From contig NC_068991.1 in the NCBI RefSeq assembly GCF_001194135.2, forward strand, positions 67,179,729-67,243,728: a DNA stretch of 64,000 bases, in the 5' to 3' direction. This document shows, piece after piece, positions 37,901-51,400 of this stretch; positions within the stretch are counted from its first letter, which is position 1; each line of letters opens with the position of its first letter. The notes under the pieces are model-generated. The model saw only the letters and a program-made list of their open reading frames with translations, made no database searches and was not told where the DNA came from. The DNA is from Octopus bimaculoides (lineage: Eukaryota). The position numbers and the translations under genes were made by a program.

Positions 37901-40900
37901 CTGAAGCCCTCTCAACATCAGGTCAGCTGAAGCAGACAAACCTATCCAACTGATGGATTCACTGAATGATTAATCAAAACAACCTACTAGTTAACCAACT
38001 GACTAATAATAATAATAAAGGGAGTGAAATAGAAGCAGTGCATGTATTTATTATTCTTTTCTACTCTAGGTACAAGGCTTGAAATTGGTGAGGGTGGGAG
38101 TCGATTAGATCAACCCCAGTACGCAACTGGTACTTAATTTATTGACCCCCCCCTCCACCCAAAAGGGTGAAAGGCAAAGTTGATCTCGGTGGAATTTGAA
38201 CTCAGAACATAAAGACAGACAAAATACCGCTAAGCATTTCACCCGGCGTGCTAACTTTTCTTATTTCTTTATTGCCCACAGGGGGCTAAACATAGAGGGA
38301 ACAAACAAGGACAGACAAAGGGATTAAGTCGATTACATTGACCCCAGTTCGTAACTGGTACTAAATTTATCGACTCCGAAAGGATGAAAGGCAAAGTTTA
38401 CCTCGGCGGAATTTGAACTCAGAATGTAACGGCAGACGAAATACTGCTAAGCATTTCGCCCGTCATGCTAATGATTCTGCCAGCTCACCGCCTTCTGCTA
38501 ACGTTTCTGGCAGCTTGCTGCTTTAGCTCATATATTTATTATTGCATAAGGACTCTCCTGAGATACAACCAAATATTAATTGAATATTATCACAAATATT
38601 TTTTAAAAAATTGACTTTACATAATTCATAAATTTTGTAATTTTACAATTTCAATCACACAAATCAAGAAGATGGTTTTGTTCTCCAAAGTTTAATTTCC
38701 TGTTTGTACCAAATGTTTTATGTCATTTACCTTGAAGCTCAGGAGGTGTGGAAACTCCTGTTATGCAATGATACATAAGCGCGGCACATCGCAAGAAAGG
38801 CAGACAGGCTTGTTTGAGATGAGTAGAGAGTGTCCAAGGACATACTTCACACGCATCACAACTCAATCTGGAGTAAATAGACAAGAACAAACAAAAGAAG
38901 GAGTAAGAAGTCTGGAAGGAACAATACAGCTCAACACAAAAATAGTATGAGGAGCATAGACATGATGAACAGGGAAGAAAAACATGATAATTACCCAGCT
39001 TTCTCCCTTAGTTTCTTGTAGATCATCACCAAACCGTCATCATCAGTATCGCATTCCATTTCCATCATATCTAAAAATTTTTAAAACATATTTTATATTA
39101 GTCAGAGAAACAGGTTAGAAATACAAGAATTGAAAGTTTAAGTATTTAGAAATGAGTGTTACGTCTTTGTGACAGGTGATCACAATTTTCTGCAATACAG
39201 GTGTGGCTGTATGGTAAATAGCTTGTTTCACAACTACATGGCTCCAGGTTCACTCACCACTACGCAACACCTTGGGCAAGTGTCTTCTGCTATAGCTTTG
39301 GGCTGACAAAAGCTTTGTGAGTAGATTTCGGTAGATGGAAAGTGAAAGAAACCCATTGTCTGTGTGTGTGTCTGTGTTTGTTCCCAATCACCGCTTGATA
39401 ACTGCTGTGTTTATGTCCCCATAACTTAGCTGCTCAGCAAAAGAGACGATAGAATAAGTATGAAGCTTAAAAAATAAATAAATAAATAAATACTGGGGTC
39501 AAGTCACTTGACTAAAGGCGGTGCCCCAGCATGGCCGACTGAAATAAGTAAAAGAAAAATAAACACTTCTTAAAACTTTGTGGTAAGTAGCTTGCTTACC
39601 AACCACATGGTTCTGGGTTCAGTCCCACTGCGTGGCATCTTGGGCAAGTGTCTTCTACTATAGCCTCGGGCCGACCAAAGCCTTGTGAGTGGATTTGGTA
39701 GACGGAAATTGAAAGAAGCCCGTCGTATATATGTGTATGTTTGTCCCCCCAACATCGCTTGACAACCGATGCTGGTGTCTTTACGTCCCCGTGACTTAGC
39801 GGCTCGGCAAAAGAGACCGATAGAATAAGTACTAGGCTTACAAAGAATAAGTCCTGGGGTCGATCTGCTCGACTAAAGGCAGTGCTCCAGCATGGCCACA
39901 GTCAAATGACTGAAACAAGTAAAAGAGTAAAGAGTATTCTGTTCCTTTCCTTTCCCTCCTCCCACACTTCCCTTTTCTACATTCTTCTCAACTCTTCAAC
40001 CTTTCTGCTGGGCCTTCATTCTTTCTTCAAGCAATGGTCACCATGTAAAATGTCTTGCAATAGACTAACATTGTGGAGAGATCATGGACACTTTACAGGC
40101 ATCATATTAAACAACTAGACTTATTCCATCTTAGCTGCCTTCATCCAATTTGCAACAGAGTGACAGGACAAAGTCCCTAACAGAGATTCTTACAAGAGAT
40201 GACTTTATAGACATAGAGAAATTCCTTATCAAAGCACAACTGAAGTGGTCAGTTATGTGGTACACATGGATGACATTTGCTTACCTAATGCCCTCTTTTA
40301 TGGTTGGTTTAGCTCTAGTACAAGACAACAAGGTCACCCACTGCTCCATTATAAGGAGTCTTTAAAAACTTACTTGAAAATCTGTCAGATAAATCTGAAG
40401 ATATGGGAAGTGATAGCTCTGAATAAAACTCAGTAGAGAAGCTCTTGCTGCCAAGCCACCTCCTACTTTGGGGCAGTCATAATCANNNNNNNNNNNNNNN
40501 NNNNNNNNNNNNNNNNNNNNNNNNNNNNNNNNNNNNNNNNNNNNNNNNNNNNNNNNNNNNNNNNNNNNNNNNNNNNNNNNNNNNNNNNNNNNNNNNNNNN
40601 NNNNNNNNNNNNNNNNNNNNNNNNNNNNNNNNNNNNNNNNNNNNNNNNNNNNNNNNNNNNNNNNNNNNNNNNNNNNNNNNNNNNNNNNNNNNNNNNNNNN
40701 NNNNNNNNNNNNNNNNNNNNNNNNNNNNNNNNNNNNNNNNNNNNNNNNNNNNNNNNNNNNNNNNNNNNNNNNNNNNNNNNNNNNNNNNNNNNNNNNNNNN
40801 NNNNNNNNNNNNNNNNNNNNNNNNNNNNNNNNNNNNNNNNNNNNNNNNNNNNNNNNNNNNNNNNNNNNNNNNNNNNNNNNNNNNNNNNNNNNNNNNNNNN

Positions 40901-42273
40901 NNNNNNNNNNNNNNNNNNNNNNNNNNNNNNNNNNNNNNNNNNNNNNNNNNNNNNNNNNNNNNNNNNNNNNNNNNNNNNNNNNNNNNNNNNNNNNNNNNNN
41001 NNNNNNNNNNNNNNNNNNNNNNNNNNNNNNNNNNNNNNNNNNNNNNNNNNNNNNNNNNNNNNNNNNNNNNNNNNNNNNNNNNNNNNNNNNNNNNNNNNNN
41101 NNNNNNNNNGTGGCACTTTTTCACGCAGCTATCCTCCTCCATTCTCACCACATGTCCATACCAGCGCAATCGTCTCTCTTGCACGCCACAACTGATGCTT
41201 CTAGTCTGTATTTTTGCCAGGAGCAGTCAATCCTTTCATTTATTTATTTATTACCTCCACCTTAAACAAAGGCAGAGGAGTTGTTTTCAGTCGTGTTTGT
41301 TTGTTTGTCTGTGGACAAGATATCTCAAGAACCACTGGATGGATTTGGATGAAACTTTCAGGGATGTTTGGCCTCATGACTGGCACAAACTGATTAGATT
41401 TTGCAATCGATCCAATACAGGACAAGGATTCTGGATTATTTCTGGGTTTTTTTACTTAATTTTTGAGAGTGGTCGGGTTCACTTTTAGTATCCTTGTTTG
41501 TGAGAGCAGTTGAGTTTATTTCAGATATTCTCATTTTAAAAATCATCTCTGGCTGATCGTTGAGAGGACACTGGTGTTGCCTTGGCAGAGGTTTGCGCTC
41601 TGAGTGCTCTTCTTTATTTTTGTCTTTCTTTCTCTCTTTCCACTGAAGAAGGACAATGTCCAAAACATCATAATAACTCTTTCCATCTCCTGGAGCATCA
41701 AACTAATAATTTTGATCAGGAACTTATCCCATCCTGGTTTTTGTTTTTCACTATAACATGCATGCATATATATTCAGTTATTCATCTATTTAAGTTCAAT
41801 CAGATGTGTGAAGACCTTTTACCATGGAGACAGTCTTGGGAGAAAATGCTTCTCCTGGACAACGTCTGAAATCACACTGGGTTGTGAACATCATTTGATT
41901 GTAGAATGCATATGTTTCTGCATTGTTCTGCATCATCAGCTATGAATACCAAATCTGCCCTTCTCTTGAGATTATTTCCACAACAAAAAGGTCTTCTCAA
42001 CATCCAAGTGCTGGATGCTTTTAATGTGGCACTGGCAGGGCACTACTATACATGAATGCCTCATGCTATGAGGGACTCTTAGGTCAAACTACCATAATAA
42101 ACACATTTTTACCGAACACGAGGAAATGCAACTCTCAAAGCTGGCCTCTTAAAAAACAGACTGAACTATATATCGAACGATTTCGCAGTTATTACAACAT
42201 TTTTCCCTTATAAAGTTTTTTTCATGCTAGCTACTTGATAAATTCTTGTAAAAGATTTTATCCTATTATTGAA

Positions 42274-42304
<31 letters not shown>

Positions 42305-45300
42305 AAAAGAAAGAGATAAACATGCACACATACCTTGTGACTCTGGTTCATAGACAAGGAGAATCTGAACCAAGTGAGCAGTGAGAACCAATTGCAGGGC
42401 ATGTTGATCATTGAGGCTGCCTGTGGGGAACGTAGTAAGCAGTGAAGTTTGCCCCTCAGCATAGAGAGTTGGCAACGACATTACCAACACAGTTAAGTAG
42501 TGAAACATATCTAAGTCAAGAATGCAGGGTGGTTCATGTTTTTTCTCCAAACCATCAGGAATTAATGCTGAAAAACGAAAACAAGAAAATACCAATGTAA
42601 TGTTTCCCAAATGGTTGATCTAAAAAAATCAGAAAACGAGAATATAAAATGTAAAAGATTAAAAGATATATAATTCAAATATTAAAGGAACTTCCGAATC
42701 TCCCTGTCTTTGAATTTTTTGTTTTTATTCAATTAGTCTGATTAAATTAATTAATGTAGCTCTAAAGCTAGTTCATGGAGAACTCTAGTGGATTCCTGCT
42801 TTGCAATACATTCCTGATATATTTTGAGAAACAGAGTGCATAGTGTGTGTAACCGGTTACTTTCAGTTTCTGTCTACTAAATCCATTCACAAGGCTTTGG
42901 TTAACTTGGGAATGTAGAGGATATTTGTCCAAGGTGCCATGCAGTAGGACTGAACTTCAAACCACGATTGGTAAGCAAACTTCTCAATCATACAACCACG
43001 CCTGCATGCTAATATGTGTGTGTTTATTAAAATAAACAAGGGTTAAAGTTGCTTGACTACTGATCACATGGTTATAAATTTAGATTTTACTAGTCATTGT
43101 ATTGCTGTTGTTCTTCTGAGTAAAACACACAACTGTTTATTCCAGCTTTCTTGACAAAACCAGGCATTTCAGTCCCAACCCCTCCATCTTTTTTCAAAGA
43201 TGGTAAATGTAACATTATCCTGTATGTCTTTCCTTTTGAAGATAGTTGCATGTGATTTAAGAGAATTGGATCCTTTGAGTGATTAGCAGAGGCAAAACCA
43301 TTAGAAAGCCTCTACACAGTCGAGTTGGTTGAGCCGTTAGAAATAATACTTAAATTTCCATCAAATCACACCCTTCTTAGGAAAAAGGACACATAGAGTA
43401 AGGTAGTTTTGGATATCCTATGCCTTAAAAATGTTGTGATGGTCATGGCTTGAACGAGCTTCTCCAAATATAAACCACTGCCAAGAGACAGAAATCTTTC
43501 GTTGCCAACACAGGTAAACAGCTCTGAACTATATGTATTCAGGAGACAAAAACAGACAATTTCATTCAAGAAATGTACTCCCCACTACCACCACTACCAC
43601 TTAACCCTTTACCTACCAGTGATCTCATATGAGAACACTTAAAAATTACAAATTTCGTAATTATCTGTCCATATTTACACATATCTAACCTTTTTGCTAT
43701 ATCTACTAGGTATATTTCTCTGATATTCAAATGAGGTTTGCTAATTTTTCGCCCAATATCTCGCTTATTTCTATTTAAAATGTTATTTTGGAATGTTATT
43801 TTGAAATGTTATTTTGATCATTCCAGCGTGTTTCTAAGACTGTTTTATGCTAGAAATCAAAGTTTCATTAAAAAATTCCAGTAAATAGAATTATGGGAGG
43901 TAATGGGTNNNNNNNNNNNNNNNNNNNNNNNNNNNNNNNNNNNNNNNNNNNNNNNNNNNNNNNNNNNNNNNNNNNNNNNNNNNNNNNNNNNNNNNNNNNN
44001 NNNNNNNNNNNNNNNNNNNNNNNNNNNNNNNNNNNNNNNNNNNNNNNNNNNNNNNNNNNNNNNNNNNNNNNNNNNNNNNNNNNNNNNNNNNNNNNNNNNN
44101 NNNNNNNNNNNNNNNNNNNNNNNNNNNNNNNNNNNNNNNNNNNNNNNNNNNNNNNNNNNNNNNNNNNNNNNNNNNNNNNNNNNNNNNNNNNNNNNNNNNN
44201 NNNNNNNNNNNNNNNNNNNNNNNNNNNNNNNNNNNNNNNNNNNNNNNNNNNNNNNNNNNNNNNNNNNNNNNNNNNNNNNNNNNNNNNNNNNNNNNNNNNN
44301 NNNNNNNNNNNNNNNNNNNNNNNNNNNNNNNNNNTTGTGAATTGTTCTAGAAAAATATTTTGAGGGCTTTTTTGAAGTTTATTAACCCTTTGAGCCCTGA
44401 CCTCTTGAACCTTATTTTACCATATACCTGGCACTCCACTGGTGCTACAGTATAGAGGAAAACAAGCCATCCACCAGTAAACCGGCGTTACAAGCTCAAA
44501 GGGTTAACATTTAAAACAATTTTTTCTTTAAGCAATTTTTGAGATTTCTTTAAAAAAAAATTTTTTTTAATTCTAAAAAATTTTTCACCTTTGTTCTCAG
44601 TTTATCTTGTACTTAACAGTCTTTCAGTTTTAATCTATTCAGTTACAGTATTTCATCTGCTTCTTTTACCTTTCCAATCTCTCCTGCTAATGGCATTACC
44701 CTGTTGTCTTACTACACTATAGCTAACTGTACCAGCCTACCTTTCTTATACCATTGCATTGCAGGAGTTTCCACTCCAACTGAACTCGATAGCAAACAAC
44801 ATACACAATTGGGTACAAACAGGAAACTAAGTTGTGGAGAATAAAACATACTTTCAACCATCTATGTCATGATTTCTATGGTTGAAATTATAAAATTGAA
44901 ATGAATAAATTAAAATCTATTTTCCTAACATCACTTTATATTAAAACATAGCTGTAGTTAATTGTTCAAGTCTGGTGCCGTCACCGTTCAACATGAAGTC
45001 TATTGTATTCCAGCCGCCTCTACTTTCTCATTCATCTTTTAATTAGTCATATGATGTCTAGGCTCATTCCAATTTTTTTAATTTAACATAGTCTCTAGTC
45101 TAGATCTGATTCATTCATCTTTTAATTAATCCTTTTGTTACTATATTTGTAACTACAATATGTGTTGCAATTAAATTCTTAAATAATTGTAAATTTAGAT
45201 TGGTTTCATAAAGCATCATCATTTAATGGCAGTCTTCCATACTGGCATGGATCGGACAGTTTGACAGGAGCTGGCAAAAGCTAGAGGACTGAGTCAAGCT

Positions 45301-45455
45301 CGACTGTCTGTTTTGGTGAGACAAAGATTCTTTGAGAGTGGGATGTATTGGAGAAGGTGGCCCAGTGCCAAGTGATGAGAGGTTAGCGTTGGCAAAGGGA
45401 GAGAAACAGGTGTCTTGCTGCAAGGGAAAGAGAGAGAGAAGGTGGTCAAGAATGA

Positions 45456-45490
<35 letters not shown>

Positions 45491-48400
45491 CAAGAGAGAT
45501 GGTGGCAACATGCCAGGGTATACTCTCAAGGTATGGCATCATCATCATCATCATCATCGTTTAATGTCCACTTTCCATGCTAGCATGGGTTGCACGATTT
45601 GACTGAGGACTGGTGGACCAGATGGCTACATCAGGCTCCGATCTGATTTGGCAGAGTTTCTACAGCTGGATGCCCTTCCTAACGCCAACCACTCAGAGAA
45701 TATAAATATGCTGGTAAAGCATTACTAAAGGTGTATGAATAGCAAGTTCACATGAATGCATAGAGTGGGGAAGGAATGCAGTGAGTGGTGAAAACTGGGT
45801 GTGTGTGTGTGTGTATATATATATATAGAGAGAGAGAGAGGGGGTGGGGACAACAGGATAGCAATGATACAGCGAGCAGGGCAGTGATGACAGAATTGGG
45901 CTGCAGGAGTGAAGAAGAAGAGGTAAAGAGATGTAGTTTGGTTTATTGTGAAAAATTTATGTTACATGTGGGTGGAATAAGACAGCACTTCCAGTACTCA
46001 GTTTCACTGAGGTGGGTGGATCTCCTCATGAACCCCATACTGCCAGACATCTTGATCCATTGTCATCTTCTCTGTGAGGCCCACCTTTGTTGATTTATTA
46101 AAGTGGTGTGTTCAAAGAGAACTTAGATTCTTACATAAATCTACTTTGGAATTACTCTAACTACAGGTAAACACAGATAAAAACCTGTAAAATATAAAGT
46201 TATTTAAATATTACCATATTAAAATGAGTTATTAACCAATGTTATATTACATATATCTCTAAGGCTGTGAGCTGGTAGAATCGTTAGCACGCCGGGCGAA
46301 ATGCTTAGCAGTATTTCTCTTGTTGCTACATTCTGAGTTCAAGTTCTATCGAGGTCAACTTTGCTTTTCATCCTTTTGGGGCCAATAAATTAAGTACCAG
46401 TTGAGTACTGGGGTCAATGTAATCAACTTAACCCCTCACCACAAACTTCAGGCCTTGTGCTTATAGCAGAAAGGATTATATTACATATCTACCTAAATGC
46501 TCACCATTATATTTACTGCAAAAATGCTTAAATTTCATACTGTCTTCCTTTGTTTATAAATTGTGTAACAATTAACCTTTGCCGTTATCATATGGGACAC
46601 TTGGAATAAATGAAAATAAAAAGCCAATGGGTTGTGAGTCGTAGAAAAGACAGTTGGTTCCTTTGAAAAATTTTAGAAGAGAAATATTCTACAAAGTGTT
46701 TAGCTTCAACATTATTGAAGTAGTTGTATACTGTCAACTTAATGTGACAGTTCCCTGAAGGGAATAATATTACTGTTGGTTAGATCTAGGAAGCTGCACC
46801 GCTTCCTGTCGGCCTTGACACATTTTCTGTGTCCTTATGTTTACAAGGGGGAGACAAGCACCTCCACCCAGCTCCCCCTTGTAAACATAAGGACACAGAA
46901 AATGTGTCAAGGCCGACAGGAAGCAGTGCAGCTTCCTAGGTCTAACCAACAGTAGTATTATTCCCTTCAGAGGACTGTCACATTAAGTTGACAGCATACA
47001 ACAACTACATCGTATCACTACTGCATAAATCTCTCAGAGAGATTTAGAAAGGTATTATTTCTGAATTCAACATTATTGTTTTTACAACTGCTGCCCAACA
47101 AGAAAATTAAGACATCCAATTTGGTCCCCGTATTATGCTAGACGCATTTTTTTTTTTTTTATAATTCACTGCAAAATCAGTATTACTAAAATTTTGCTGC
47201 AAGATCACTATTACTAAATGTGAAGCTTACATAATTTAAGAAAACAAAAAGATAGAATGTTATAGAAATACAGAAAAATTTAGAAAAAACAGATTGCCAA
47301 AAAATTTAGAAATCATAAAATTCATGGTGTGAAAATGCTAGAAAAACCAGGTTATCTTTAATGCAGCAACAAGATTTACATCAACATCCAATATACTGCT
47401 GATAGAATACCCAATTATTAATACACAAGTGCCTTTTCATTGCATGGCAATTACATTACTGAGTGTAATAAATGGGAGAGGGTAAAAAGTTATTTTACCC
47501 TTAATTTATATAGCAATAAGATGGAGGGGATCAAGAGTTGGTATTCATCAACTTATAGACATTATATTGTGTCTATTTGTTTATTTTTTGGAGGACAATT
47601 GTAGCGGTGTACATACATGTATAACATATTATGCTTTACATATATAAAAATGACTGGCATCCGTGTTAGTGGAGTGCTAAGAGCACCATCCGAGGGTGAT
47701 CGTTGCTAGAGCAGCTGACTGGCTTCCGTGCTGGTGGCACATAAAAAGCACCATTTGCGCGTGATCATTACCAACGTCGCCTTACTGGCACTTGTACCGG
47801 TGGCACGTGAAAAAATATTCGAGCGAGGTCGTTGCCAGTGCCGCTGGACTAGCTCCTGTGCAGATGGCACGTAAAAAACACCATTTGGGCGTGGTCATTA
47901 CCAGTACCGCCTGACTGGCCCTCATGCCACATGTAAAAGCACCCACTACACTCTCAGAGTGGTTGGTGTTAGGAAGGGCATCCAGCTGTAGAAACTCTGC
48001 CAGATCAGATTGGAGCCTGGTGCAGCCATCTGGTTCGCGAGTCCTCAGTCAAATCGTCCAACCCATGCCAGCATGGATAGTGGACGTTAAACGGTGATGA
48101 TTTTAATTTAAATATGAAAAAGTAAATCCAAGCCTTTTTAGTATCTTATGACCATAAGCAGTTTAGTAATCAAAACGATAGATATATTGTTTATAATCTA
48201 GATATAATTTATTCATTATTTTAATTAAACATTTTTAGTCTCATTGTAATTTTTTCTTTCTTTTATGGTCTCTAGCATAGACTTTTTTTCTTTTACAAAT
48301 TAGATAAACTCACTACAATTCCTGTGTTAATAGTTCACATTTAAATAGATAGTTTTGGTAGCCGAGAGCTTAATATACTTACAGTATATACATCTGTAGC

Positions 48401-51400
48401 AAACTTTTTCATCATTTCCCTCATGCTCTCTGAAAAGTGGCCACTATAAAACAAAATAACTCACATTAGGCATTAGTATTACTGAATTCTCAAAGATGTG
48501 CTGAATTAATTTAGGTCTGTAGCAGATTATGATATAACTGTGGAGGCGCAATGGCCCAGTGGTTAGGGCAGCGGACTCGCGGTTTCGATTCCCAGACCGG
48601 GTGTTGTGAGTGTTTATTGAGCGAAAACACCTAAAGCTCCACGAGGCTCCGGCAGGGGATGGTGGCGAACCCTGCTGTACTCTTTCACCACAACTTTCTC
48701 TCTGTTTCTGTTGTACCTGTATTTCAAAGGGTCAGCCTTGTCACACTGTGTCACGCTGAATATCCCCGAGAACTACGTTAAGGGTACATGTGTCTGTGGA
48801 GTGCTCAGCCACTTGCACGTTAATTTCACAAGCAGGCTGTTCCGTTGATTGGATCAACTGGAACCCTCGACGTCATAAGCGACGGAGTGCCAACAACAAC
48901 AACAATGATATAACTGAATAAACCTCAGTATATTTCTGGTACTTATCTAATTGATTCTGGTTAATTTGAAATCTAAAGCATAAAAGGATGAGACTAAAAT
49001 ATCATGAGCACAGACTAGTTTTTACACATAACGACATTCTGAGAATAATTTATTATGTGAGAACATGGTGAAATGCAATGCAATTAAACGGATGAACTGC
49101 CAAGAAATGTCTTACCTATTGTCATCATAAACATAATTCCATAACAGAGTGAAGTTCTTGGCAACACTTTCAGCCATTAGTTTTGTTATCGTGGAAATAG
49201 GACAAGGTTGGAACAGTAAGCTCTCATCTACAATGGGAAATATATAAAAGGTCTTGATAAACAACAGAATTACAGATAAAATACAAGTTTTATTTACAAG
49301 CAACATCTAGAAGAAATAGTTCTAATTATAAACATTGGAAAGATGAAAACAACAAAGACCTAGGTAGGGTATGAATTCTGAATATAACCAAAACCAATAC
49401 AAGACATTTTGTTTGAGACTAACAATTCTTTTAGCCACCACCCTAAAATAAATTGAAATCATTAAGCGTTTTAAAGATTTTTGATATAATGCCTGGTTAT
49501 AGTTTATTTATAGAGAAAATCTGATGAATGAATTAACTGATAAGATTTTCAGTATAAAACAAAAACATAATTGCCTGGCAATCAATATATATGTGGTTCA
49601 AATCCTCAAATCCTGTCAAAGGGCTTGTTTGCATTTCACTGCCTGAAGTTGTTTATAATGTCTAATAAAATATTAGTTGTGGGAGAAAACTTAGTGTAGT
49701 CAAATGAAAAGACATACAAAAATATTTTAATATGGATTTTCAAGGCTGAAGACATTTAAAAATATAAATAAGATAAACACAGAGAACAAGAAAAAAATTT
49801 CTCAACCTTCAGACTCTTTATCAACAGCAGCTTTGACACTGGCTTGCACAGTCTTTTGGATGCCATCTAACCAATCATTGAAGCTGAGATCTACTGCCTT
49901 CTGTTGGTCACTGGAATACAAACCAAAGCAAAGATATGGGACTTATGTAAACAGTGTCAATTAAAAAGGAAATATTTTATAATCAAATATTAAAAAAAAA
50001 ACGTATCGTTAGTGAAAATAACTTTACTCTTACACCATTGGTGTATCTTGATTTTACATAATACCATTTTCCAAAATGGTTTCTTTTCATTCTTCTATCT
50101 TTATGTGCATCTTTAGCAAAGATCTGTGAAGGCGCATGGCTCAGTGGTTAGAGCGTTGAGCTTACGATTGTGAGGTTGTGAGTTTGAATCCCGGACTGGG
50201 CTGTGTGTTGTGTTCTTGAGCAAGACACTTTATTTCACATTGCCCCAGTTCACTCAGCTATAGAAATGAGTTGCGACGTCAGAGGTGCCAAGGTGTATCG
50301 GCTTTTGCCTTTCCCTTGGATAACACTGGTGGCGTGGAGAGGGGGAGGCCGGTATGCATGGGCGACTGCTGGTCTTCTATAAACAAACTTGCCCAGACTT
50401 GTGCCTGGGATTTAACAAGAGAAAGAAGTACATTATGTAATGTCCTTTTATTTTTTTGTCAGGCAGAAAGATGTGATTCAAGGGATATTTGGCTGCTATG
50501 ACTAGCAGATCATAGACTCTTTGTTTATTCAAAATCTGTAGTGATTCATTCTCTTGTATGAAATCAGAAGTTTAAATTACATCACACAATCTCTCTCTCT
50601 ATCTCTCGAGGTGGTAGAGAGAGAGAGAGAAAAAAAAAGGCCAAGTTTATAAACTAAACTACAAACAGCAACTAATAATCATTGTTAACTTACATGTCAC
50701 ATCCTGTAGCAACTGTCCTTAATGTGCTCAACGGTGGTAACATAGGAATCACAGTATTGCTAATTGCTCCACATAGGGGACACAAAAATTCTAACTTTTC
50801 AATGTTGTAACTACAGGTATTTCGGTATCTGAAAGGTCTGCGACGTTCTTTTGCTGCAATGGCATCAAAATATCTACAAGAGAAAGGAACAAACAACAGT
50901 AATATATCTCTCTTTATAAGGGATTTAGAAAATAATTTACTAAATGGCTTTAAATTGTATCTGAAGCAATAAATTTGGGTTACAGGAACAAGCAGAGTTA
51001 TGTTCCTTGCTAAGGGGTACAACACAATAATGTTCTATGATACCTTAATTCACATTAATTGGTACTCTTACCAGAGTTGCATTTGGCACGACTTTGTTTA
51101 CATTCGAATAAATCGTTTCTGCTACTTTGAGTTCAATCCTCAACTCACACTGGCAGAAAAGGTCCCTAATTTTACTGCTGGTAAGTAGCTTGCCAACCAC
51201 ATGTGTTTGTGTGTCTGTGATTGTCCCCCCAACATCGCTTGACAACCGATGCTGGTGTGTTTATGTCCCTGTAACTTAGCGGTTCGGCAAAAGAGACCGA
51301 TAGAATAAGTACTAGGCTTACAAAGAATAAGTCCTGGGGTCGATTTGCTCGACTAAAGGCGGTGCTCCAGCATGGCCACAGTCAAAAGACTGAAACAAGT

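Noticed and set aside
43366-43569. Minus-strand ORF as the missing UBR exon
   Set aside because: The peptide shows no resemblance to the expected UBR1/2 segment and the splice phases do not fit.
8414-44363. Long ORFs in the track spanning runs of X (e.g. 8414-9337, 10519-11823, 22490-23101, 31126-31636, 40445-41488, 43893-44363)
   Set aside because: Artefacts of translating N gaps (8576-9178, 10657-11373, 22564-22896, ~31190-31538, 40486-41109, 43909-44334).
7811-50400. tRNA-like heads at 1430-1500, 7811, 12588, 17977, 48541, 50130 as tRNA genes
   Set aside because: They lack complete cloverleaves and continue into SINE bodies with tails and TSDs.
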